Shown here: piece after piece, positions 57,182-64,000 of the stretch
How the letters are laid out: the number at the start of each line of letters is the position of its first letter
Position numbering within the stretch: the stretch's first letter is position 1
Origin: a virus
Taxonomy: Duplodnaviria > Heunggongvirae > Uroviricota > Caudoviricetes
Virus record (IMG/VR): IMGVR_UViG_3300021400_004456
Length of the DNA: 64,000 bases
Reading direction: 5' to 3' (one strand)
Position numbers and translations under genes: made by a program
The notes under the pieces: model-generated
The model's input: the letters and a program-made list of their open reading frames with translations, nothing else
What the model was told of the DNA's origin: nothing
Database searches by the model: none

Positions 57182-57985
57182 ATGAGAAAAATTAAATATT
57201 TATTACTAATGCTATTAGCGTTACCTATTTTTGCTTTAACTTCTTGTAAGCAAATGGTTAACGAACGTATTACTGATTTAACTGCATATATTCAAGAAAA
57301 TTATGGTTCTGATTTTAAAGTAACAAAAGATGCAAGTTTATCATCTAGCTTAAAATCACAATTAGACCTTTCAGCATATATTAAAAAAGTTGACGGTAAT
57401 AAAAAAATTACCGAACCTAATTGTGCTATTGTTTCTGTTTATAACGCTTTGCAAACGATCCAAATACACAATGACAATACTGGTTTTCCAAGCGCAAACG
57501 ATGTTGAAGTTTATAATGTTTTCAAAGAAGAGCCAAAACTTTTATCTACTTTAGATTCTTTTGAATTAAAAAGTGAAACAATTGTTTTCCCTAAACTTTA
57601 TATTACTGTTAGACAAATGGCTTTAAAAAAGTTTGATAAAGCTTTTGCTTTGTCTTTTTCAGAATCCATTGAACTTGCCGAAGCAGTAGCAAAAGAATAT
57701 GATTATAATTTAAATTATGAATACAATATGAAAATCAATGATACTGATACTTTTAAAAAAGTCGTTTCAATGATTGAAAATAAAAAAGCTGGTATTTTAT
57801 CAATTAATGCTGGTGGTTTTTATGGTTCACATCAATTATGCATTATTGGATATGCAACTGTTTCAAACGGTTCAAAGACTTATAATTTCTACAAAGTTTT
57901 AGATGGCTATAATGGAATTGCATACTTCGATTTAAAAGATTATGCTGAAACCAAAGCTATCGGAACAACAGTTTACTTCTCATAA
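57182..57985 (+). CDS. Lipoprotein with papain-fold (C39-like) cysteine peptidase motifs
   Basis: LTSC lipobox; NCAIVS (Cys), GSHQLCIIGY (His), VLDGY (Asp). Confidence 0.6.
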   Translation: MRKIKYLLLMLLALPIFALTSCKQMVNERITDLTAYIQENYGSDFKVTKDASLSSSLKSQLDLSAYIKKVDGNKKITEPNCAIVSVYNALQTIQIHNDNTGFPSANDVEVYNVFKEEPKLLSTLDSFELKSETIVFPKLYITVRQMALKKFDKAFALSFSESIELAEAVAKEYDYNLNYEYNMKINDTDTFKKVVSMIENKKAGILSINAGGFYGSHQLCIIGYATVSNGSKTYNFYKVLDGYNGIAYFDLKDYAETKAIGTTVYFS

Positions 57986-58117
57986 AATAACAAGGGCCTT
58001 ATAATAGGCTCTTTTTTTCATTAATTACACTTTTTTGCATAGTTTTCACTACTATAATTTACACCTTTTTTTGCATTTATATATTGTTTCAAACTATGAA
58101 AACCGCTTTCAAAACGT

Positions 58118-58126
58118 AAAACATAA
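58118..58126 (+). promoter_or_regulatory. Class I motif AAAACATAA
   Basis: Before 58155. Confidence 0.65.
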
Positions 58127-58154
58127 ATATTAACAAGGAGTGTGATTTTTTTAT

Positions 58155-59459
58155 ATGCAATTAAAAGACTATTTATCACAAATTGAAAAGAAAGGTTTTC
58201 AAACAAAAGAAGAAGTAAGAGAAGCAAGAAATTATTTATCCTCTATTAATTTTAATGAAATTCTTTCTAAAGATATTGAATACTATGTAAAAATAGATGA
58301 CTATATTCAATGTTATGAATTTTTAACATCTAATAGAAATATAGATATCTTAGTAAATAACTTATTATCAAATAATTATAAATCTTTTGATAAAGAAAAA
58401 GGTTTTAGAGAATTATCATTCGCTATTAGTGATTGTGTTGATGATGCTAAAGAAATTTTTAAACGTATTGCCGACAATGTTTTGCCTAATGCTGATGAAA
58501 ACTTTTTAACTTTTAAGGAGATAATTGGCTTATTTTCAGTTTCTTATGCGTCCCCTACATATTTCTTTTCAGAAAGTGGAAAAGCTCTTCTAAGAACCAA
58601 AACAGGGGTTTATATGAAAGAATATCCTCATTTAATTAAACATTTAAATGAACCTGCAATTATTTTGGATGAAAACGAATTTTGCAATTTATTTTCTGCT
58701 TTAAGTAATCACGAAGCTAATACTTTTGCAAAATTTTTAAAAAAATATCCTGATGCTAAAATTACTTTAAGCGAATTAGTAGATTTTATCATATATTATA
58801 TGACACCAACAGAATTATATAATTTAGCTGATACCTATAAAGAATATTATGATCCACAAATTATAACTCAAGTTTATTTAGCCAATACCGATGAATATTA
58901 TAGAAAAATTATCAATAAAACATTATCTACTGATCCAGAGATAACAGCAAAAATTATTTCTAAACATCCAAAATTATTGGAAACAATCAGAAAAGCTTTT
59001 GATGATTTATTAGAGTTTAAAGAAGAAATAAAATTTGAAGGATTATATAGTTTATTTGATGCTTTTGATGATGTTAAGAACACAACAGTAATAGTGAGTT
59101 TCAAAACCGCTAAAGATAAAACTGGTTTAAAAATTGAAAAGGTATATAATTTTGCCTATAATGAAAAAGATGTTTACAAGGCAAAATCATTAAATCATAT
59201 TGTAGGTTTAGCTTGTGGTTTATCTAATGAACACTTTAAATTCAAAAAGGTTGTTTATAAAATTGATAATTATATCAAGAACCTAGATAATATTGCTTTA
59301 TCTGTTAATGATTTAAAAGATTATGATGAAATCAATAAATTGTTTGCAGAGATTAAACCTCAAATGACTGATACTCAATTAAAGAGAGCACAAGAATTAC
59401 TTGATGAAACAATTTTCAATGACCAAGTAAATCCCAATACTGATTTCTATAAAAAATAA
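58155..59459 (+). CDS. Hypothetical alpha-helical protein
   Basis: 434-aa ORF, AAGGAG RBS, terminator at 59471-59496. Confidence 0.8.
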   Translation: MQLKDYLSQIEKKGFQTKEEVREARNYLSSINFNEILSKDIEYYVKIDDYIQCYEFLTSNRNIDILVNNLLSNNYKSFDKEKGFRELSFAISDCVDDAKEIFKRIADNVLPNADENFLTFKEIIGLFSVSYASPTYFFSESGKALLRTKTGVYMKEYPHLIKHLNEPAIILDENEFCNLFSALSNHEANTFAKFLKKYPDAKITLSELVDFIIYYMTPTELYNLADTYKEYYDPQIITQVYLANTDEYYRKIINKTLSTDPEITAKIISKHPKLLETIRKAFDDLLEFKEEIKFEGLYSLFDAFDDVKNTTVIVSFKTAKDKTGLKIEKVYNFAYNEKDVYKAKSLNHIVGLACGLSNEHFKFKKVVYKIDNYIKNLDNIALSVNDLKDYDEINKLFAEIKPQMTDTQLKRAQELLDETIFNDQVNPNTDFYKK

Positions 59460-59505
59460 TTTTAAAACTTAGGGGGTCGATTTCGACCTCCTTTTTCTTA
59501 TCTTT

Positions 59506-59515
59506 AAACACCTAA
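59506..59515 (+). promoter_or_regulatory. Class II motif AAACACCTAA
   Basis: After terminator. Confidence 0.65.
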
Positions 59516-59612
59516 TATAAACAAGAGAGAAAGAAGGAATGAAAAATGAAATTATATGGTTTTGTTAATAAGAAAAATGAAGTTTTTATGAGTTGGTTTT
59601 ACCGTTCCTAGT

Positions 59613-59846
59613 ATGGCAAAAGGTCGTTTTAAACCTTTAAACGAAATTGAATTATCTGATTTAAAATTTTTAACAGATACTTTACAACACGCAGAAACAA
59701 GCTTTCATCTTTATAGTTTTTTTGCTAATGATTATAAGCCTTATAGTAAAAGGGATTCTAACAATCACCAAAAATGTAAGCAAAATTTTGAATTATTAAA
59801 AGATTGTTCTATTAAAGAGATTACTTTAAAATTTGAGGTGTCATAA
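59613..59846 (+). CDS. Hypothetical protein, possibly the 3' part of a frameshifted gene starting at 59546
   Basis: RBS-led ATG at 59546 stops after 21 codons; ORF 59613 lacks an RBS. Confidence 0.45.
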   Translation: MAKGRFKPLNEIELSDLKFLTDTLQHAETSFHLYSFFANDYKPYSKRDSNNHQKCKQNFELLKDCSIKEITLKFEVS

Positions 59847-59849
59847 AAT

Positions 59850-60599
59850 ATGGAAAAAGATGTTTATTATAACATTATCTTTCAAGATGTAAAAAAATTA
59901 ATAGATAGTAATGAACCTGTAAAATCAAATAATAAAAATACAGGTATTTTACTATTTTATGATTCATCTTTTACTGTAAAAGATTTTTTCATTTTGCCTA
60001 CAACAAAAGCTTATAGTAAAATCAATTCTATTAAAAATAAATTAAAAAAGGTTTATGATGGATTAATTGATGATGAAGAAAGATATTTACTAGAATATAG
60101 AATTTATAATTTGTTTACTAAAAATAATATAGATAGAAAAAAATTAAAAGCAATTATGTTAACTGAATGTAAGGAAGAAGAATTAGTCCAATATTATAAT
60201 TATTGGAACAATAGATTAAAAGCTGACTTTTTTTCTTTATCAATTCCTTATGCTATAGAACAAATTAGGACATTAGAAACTAAAACCTTCTTTATGAAAG
60301 ATGATAAAGAAGAAAGAATAAAAATTAGCAAAATTTTCCAAGAAATTTACCAAAATTCTATCAATTTTATATATAATTTCTTACAAAACCTAAATTTTAT
60401 GGATGAAGAATTTGCACATAAAAACTTAGAATTGTTTTATTTTTTTGTAACAAAAAAGTTAAAAGAGTATGAAACATCTATGTTCTTAATACCCAAGATT
60501 TTTATGAAAGAGAAAAATATATTTTGGAATTTATTCAATTCTTTATTTGATTCAACTAAAATTCAAATTCAATTGAATTTTTTAAAAAATGAGCAATAA
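59850..60599 (+). CDS. Hypothetical protein
   Basis: GAGGTG RBS; terminator 60591-60615. Confidence 0.7.
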   Translation: MEKDVYYNIIFQDVKKLIDSNEPVKSNNKNTGILLFYDSSFTVKDFFILPTTKAYSKINSIKNKLKKVYDGLIDDEERYLLEYRIYNLFTKNNIDRKKLKAIMLTECKEEELVQYYNYWNNRLKADFFSLSIPYAIEQIRTLETKTFFMKDDKEERIKISKIFQEIYQNSINFIYNFLQNLNFMDEEFAHKNLELFYFFVTKKLKEYETSMFLIPKIFMKEKNIFWNLFNSLFDSTKIQIQLNFLKNEQ

Positions 60600-60646
60600 T
60601 TGTGTTGCTCTTTTTATTTTTTTATTTTTCAATTTTCATTACTATA

Positions 60647-60655
60647 AAAACATAA
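60647..60655 (+). promoter_or_regulatory. Class I motif AAAACATAA
   Basis: Before 60688. Confidence 0.65.
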
Positions 60656-60687
60656 TTTAATTATAATTTCTTTGAGATGAAGGAGAC

Positions 60688-62262
60688 TTGAAAATGAAAA
60701 TCAAAAAAATATTTATAGCTGGTTTAGGCTTGGCAGCGGCCACAATGTCATTGACATCTTGTTCCGTTTTCGATAAAATTGCAAACGATGATGGTGGTCA
60801 AACAGTAATTACTCCTACTGAAAGTCAACCAGATACTGTGGTAACCGAATACACTATTACAATTAATTATATTAATGGCGATAAGACAGTTGTAAAAGTT
60901 AAATCTGATAATACTTTCGATTTGGATGCATACAAGAAAACTTATTCAAATTATAGATTTGATGGTTGGTATTTAGATTATAATTTTAATACAAAGGTAA
61001 CTTCAAATACTGAATTTAATAAAGATTTATCTGTTTATGCAAAATATACTTTAATTGAAAATGAAGTATCAACAGAAGTTGAAACTGTAATCGCAATGAT
61101 TAGAGCTTTACCTGAAGTTAATAGTGTAACTTTAAATGATAAAACTGCAATAGAAAGTGCTGAAGCAGAATATAATAAATTATCTTCTGATGATAAAGCA
61201 AAAGTTTCTAATTATAGTAAATTATCTGCTGTAAGAGCACAATATAATCTTTTATTAGAAGCTGAACAAAATAAGCAATTGACTTTATCATTAGTTGTAA
61301 ATGGTGAAGTTCATAGTCATACTTTTGACAATGGAACAACAATTAACTTAGATACTTTATTATCGGCTATCACATTACCTGAAAATAAAGAATTTGATGG
61401 TTATTATTCTGATTCAGGCTATACAACACAAGTATTATCTTCTATTACATTAAGTGATAATACATTAGTTTATGTAAAACTAAAAGATAAGATTTCTTAT
61501 TATACTTTATCAATCTATGTTCAAGGTCAAACATTACCACAAACAATGGAAAATATTGCATCAGGAAGAACTGTTGATTTATCAGGAATTGCTTTATCAA
61601 TAACAAATTTTGCTGGCTTCTATGATAATGCTGATTTCAACGGTGATCCAATTGGAACAAGCGTTGCTGTAAATGGTAATACAACAATTTATGCAAAAGT
61701 TGTTGAGCCTGAACAACCACCAGTTGTAGTTCCAAAGACTCAATATGATTTAGTAATCACTTGGGAAAATATAGTTTATAATTATAAAATTGAAGAAGGA
61801 ATGACAATTTATGATTGGACATTATCTGATTTAAATACAGGACATTTTGCAATTCTTTATGATAATTCAGGTTCATCATATTCTAAAGGAACATTAGTAA
61901 AACTAGATACTGAAAAATGTGCTTTTGATTACGAATATTCAAATTCTACTGTATCTGGTAATTCATCTATAACAGTTACTAGATTAGCTAATGCAAGTTC
62001 AGATTACTTCTATGTAGATGTAGATGGAAACCCTGATCATTTATTAAAGGTTGATTATGTTGAATATACCGATTGGATAACTTATATCTTAAAAACGGGT
62101 AATTCAGTTTCAAACTCATTTACATTAGATGCTAACGGTTATGTAAAATACAACGACAAGTTTGTTTTACTAAACGGTTCAAAGATTAGAGGCAATACAG
62201 TATTAGGTGTTGAATACAGACATAACGGTGCTTCTACCGTTGTATTAACATTAACTGATTAA
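60688..62262 (+). CDS. Surface lipoprotein with Listeria-Bacteroides repeats and a helical spacer (start 60688 or 60694)
   Basis: LTSC lipobox; YRFDGWY...VYAKY, EFDGYY, FAGFY...IYAK; IRALP...IESAEAEYNKLS...KVSNY helical unit. Confidence 0.8.
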   Translation: MKMKIKKIFIAGLGLAAATMSLTSCSVFDKIANDDGGQTVITPTESQPDTVVTEYTITINYINGDKTVVKVKSDNTFDLDAYKKTYSNYRFDGWYLDYNFNTKVTSNTEFNKDLSVYAKYTLIENEVSTEVETVIAMIRALPEVNSVTLNDKTAIESAEAEYNKLSSDDKAKVSNYSKLSAVRAQYNLLLEAEQNKQLTLSLVVNGEVHSHTFDNGTTINLDTLLSAITLPENKEFDGYYSDSGYTTQVLSSITLSDNTLVYVKLKDKISYYTLSIYVQGQTLPQTMENIASGRTVDLSGIALSITNFAGFYDNADFNGDPIGTSVAVNGNTTIYAKVVEPEQPPVVVPKTQYDLVITWENIVYNYKIEEGMTIYDWTLSDLNTGHFAILYDNSGSSYSKGTLVKLDTEKCAFDYEYSNSTVSGNSSITVTRLANASSDYFYVDVDGNPDHLLKVDYVEYTDWITYILKTGNSVSNSFTLDANGYVKYNDKFVLLNGSKIRGNTVLGVEYRHNGASTVVLTLTD

Positions 62263-62267
62263 AAAAG

Positions 62268-62291
62268 AAGGAGATTTATTCTCCTTTTTTT
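62268..62291 (+). terminator. Intrinsic terminator
   Basis: AAGGAGA/TCTCCTT plus T-run. Confidence 0.75.
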
Positions 62292-62324
62292 ATTTTTTTA
62301 AACACATTCTCTTTTTTATTTTTT

Positions 62325-62334
62325 AAACACCTAA
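62325..62334 (+). promoter_or_regulatory. Class II motif AAACACCTAA
   Basis: Before paralog pair. Confidence 0.65.
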
Positions 62335-62365
62335 TATTTAGTAGAAAAATAAGGAGAAAAATAAT

Positions 62366-62920
62366 ATGTTTTTTAATATTTTAACTTTAACCCCAGCATC
62401 AAAGCCTTTATGGCCCCTTGTAATAACTTTAGGTATTTTATTACCTTTTGCAATCATCTCTTTAGCTGCCTCTTTTTTTGATGATACTGCATCATCTCAT
62501 CCAATTAAAGGAACGATTATTTGTGCTAGTATTATGTCAGCTATTTTTATTCCCTTATATCTTTTCTTATTCTTAATTCCATCTTTTAATAAGCAAAAAA
62601 AATATGATGAATGGCATAATAATTATCACGAAGAAGTTTTATATGATAAAATCTATTCTTTTGATTTATCATCTTCAGTATTTGTTGTAGGCTATGGTCG
62701 TTATTCAGATTATAAAGATGTAAGCTATTATTTTTATATTGAACAAGAAAATGAACCAGGTACTTATAAATTAACAAGTTTAAAATTTAATGATAATGTT
62801 TATATCCGAGAAGTTGAAACAAATTTCAATGTTGTTGTTTTTAACAGAGAAAATTCGGATAAACTTGAATATTATATTAATGTTCCAAAAGGAACTGTAA
62901 CAACTACATTAAATGGTTAA
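62366..62920 (+). CDS. 2-TM membrane protein, paralog A
   Basis: Similar to 62942-63493. Confidence 0.8.
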   Translation: MFFNILTLTPASKPLWPLVITLGILLPFAIISLAASFFDDTASSHPIKGTIICASIMSAIFIPLYLFLFLIPSFNKQKKYDEWHNNYHEEVLYDKIYSFDLSSSVFVVGYGRYSDYKDVSYYFYIEQENEPGTYKLTSLKFNDNVYIREVETNFNVVVFNRENSDKLEYYINVPKGTVTTTLNG

Positions 62921-62941
62921 AAAGATAAGGAGAAAAATAAT

Positions 62942-63493
62942 ATGTTTTTAAATTTTGCTTTAATGAAGGCTCCTGAAGAGCCTATATGGGAAATGTCATT
63001 ACTTTTATTTATTATACCAATCGTTCTTTGGGGACTTTGGACAATATTAGAAGAACTTGGAGGAAGCCGTAAAGATTCTATTATCTGCATTAGTATAATT
63101 AGTTTACTTATAGCTGTTCTTTGTTTTTCTGGATTAATTTTTAATATTAAAAGACAAAAAGCATATGATGAGTGGTATAAAAGTTATCAAGAAGAAGTTG
63201 TATACGATAAAATTTATTCTTTTGATTTGAATTCCTCTGTGTTTGTTATAGGCTGTGATTACTATTCACAAAGCACCGATATCAGATATAATTTTTACGT
63301 TGAAAAAAAAGACGAGCCTGGAACTTACGAATTAGCTTGGCTTCCTGCAGGTCATCATATATATCTTAAAGAAGTGGAAAAAGATTTTAATGTGACTGCC
63401 GTTAAAAGAAAAAATTCTCGTGATATTGAATATTATATTAATGTTCCTAAAGGCTCTTTTACCGTACCCGTTGTCTCTATTGCCAAAGATTAA
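62942..63493 (+). CDS. 2-TM membrane protein, paralog B
   Basis: Shares YDEW, YDKIYSFDL.SSVFV.G, EPGTY, EYYINVPKG with paralog A. Confidence 0.8.
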   Translation: MFLNFALMKAPEEPIWEMSLLLFIIPIVLWGLWTILEELGGSRKDSIICISIISLLIAVLCFSGLIFNIKRQKAYDEWYKSYQEEVVYDKIYSFDLNSSVFVIGCDYYSQSTDIRYNFYVEKKDEPGTYELAWLPAGHHIYLKEVEKDFNVTAVKRKNSRDIEYYINVPKGSFTVPVVSIAKD

Positions 63494-63513
63494 TTTAACT
63501 ATATTGATAAATT

Positions 63514-63540
63514 TCCCACTCCTTTTAGGGGAGTGGGTTT
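63514..63540 (+). terminator. Intrinsic terminator
   Basis: CCCACTCC/GGAGTGGG. Confidence 0.75.
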
Positions 63541-63589
63541 CTAACTAATAATTAGATAAATCATAAAACAAAAGCAAAGGAGTTTTGTA

Positions 63590-64000
63590 ATGATAAAATT
63601 AGATCGTTTAAATGATAAGCAAAAAGAAGCTGTATTAGCTGATGATAATAAAATTCTTTTAGTAAGTGCTGCCGGTTCAGGCAAAACTAGAGTTTTAACA
63701 ACTAAGGTTGCTTATTTAATTTCTGAAAAAGGTGTTTCACCATCTAATATATTAGCTTTAACTTTTACAAATAAAGCAGCAGGAGAAATGAAAGAAAGAG
63801 TTTTAAAACTTGTTGGCGATATTGATAAACAAGATATTAATATAATGACCTTCCATAGTTTCGGTGTAAAAGCTTTAAGAAAATTCATAAATCGTTATGA
63901 TGACAATTTTAACCAAAATTTTATCATTTTAGATGCAAATGACACTAAAAAGTTATTTCAAAAAGTTATGAGAGAAGCCAATGACTATCTTTGTGATAAT
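63590..64000 (+). CDS. pcrA: PcrA/UvrD SF1A helicase, N-terminal fragment (3' truncated)
   Basis: Manual translation MIKLDRLNDKQKEAV...SAAGSGKTRVLT...ILALTFTNKAAGEMKERV...MTFHSFG. Confidence 0.9.
   Translation, partial: MIKLDRLNDKQKEAVLADDNKILLVSAAGSGKTRVLTTKVAYLISEKGVSPSNILALTFTNKAAGEMKERVLKLVGDIDKQDINIMTFHSFGVKALRKFINRYDDNFNQNFIILDANDTKKLFQKVMREANDYLCDN

Noticed and set aside
576..59104. All minus-strand ORFs in the track (e.g. 576-788, 4166-4408, 27815-28033, 35036-35347, 38906-39211, 45657-45962, 58898-59104)
   Set aside because: Short, mostly antisense shadows of long + strand genes, without evident RBS or protein motifs
252..62334. Recurring intergenic motifs as CRISPR repeats, attC sites or iterons
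   Set aside because: Only 9-10 nt, dispersed one per transcription unit, not palindromic and not regularly spaced; no cas gene or integrase in the window
1..64000. Alternative genetic code (TGA=Trp or TAG recoding)
   Set aside because: Very long ORFs are open under code 11, Trp is TGG, and TGA/TAG end genes at sensible positions (6937, 32451, 55118; 218, 3187, 27313)
1..64000. Prophage structural module, tRNA or rRNA genes, DGR
   Set aside because: No terminase, portal, capsid or tape-measure motifs, no cloverleaf-like GC-rich segments, and no reverse transcriptase or TR/VR pair recognised by eye

Overview
Very AT-rich (about 25% GC by eye), gene-dense window read with genetic code 11. Essentially every credible gene is on the + strand. 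There are no rRNA, tRNA, CRISPR, ribosomal or central-metabolism genes and no recognisable phage virion genes. The content fits a large mobile element (conjugative megaplasmid, giant ICE or phage-plasmid) of a monoderm, probably Bacilli/Mollicutes-related host; this is inference. Contents: (1) DNA/nucleotide toolkit: RecD-like C-terminus, ArdC-type metallopeptidase, CobS/MoxR-like AAA+ with a vWA-like partner, RecJ, DnaQ-like exonuclease, SSB, NDK, Thg1-like protein and PcrA. (2) A divergent sigma-70 factor, plus two conserved intergenic motifs (AAAACATAA x19, AAACACCTAA x7) that sit between a terminator and the RBS of nearly every transcription unit, suggesting a private promoter code. (3) A complete monoderm-type Tad/Flp pilus system, split in two, with a 1860-aa pseudopilin built from about 29 His/Cys repeats, preceded by a 4821-aa surface protein. 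(4) A candidate transfer module: SSB, MOBC/Replic_Relax-like nuclease, membrane proteins, and a HerA/VirB4-like ATPase with a ~230-aa Ser/Thr/Gly insert. (5) Many lipoproteins and two membrane-anchored thioredoxin-like proteins. All family calls come from visual motif recognition; no database searches were run.
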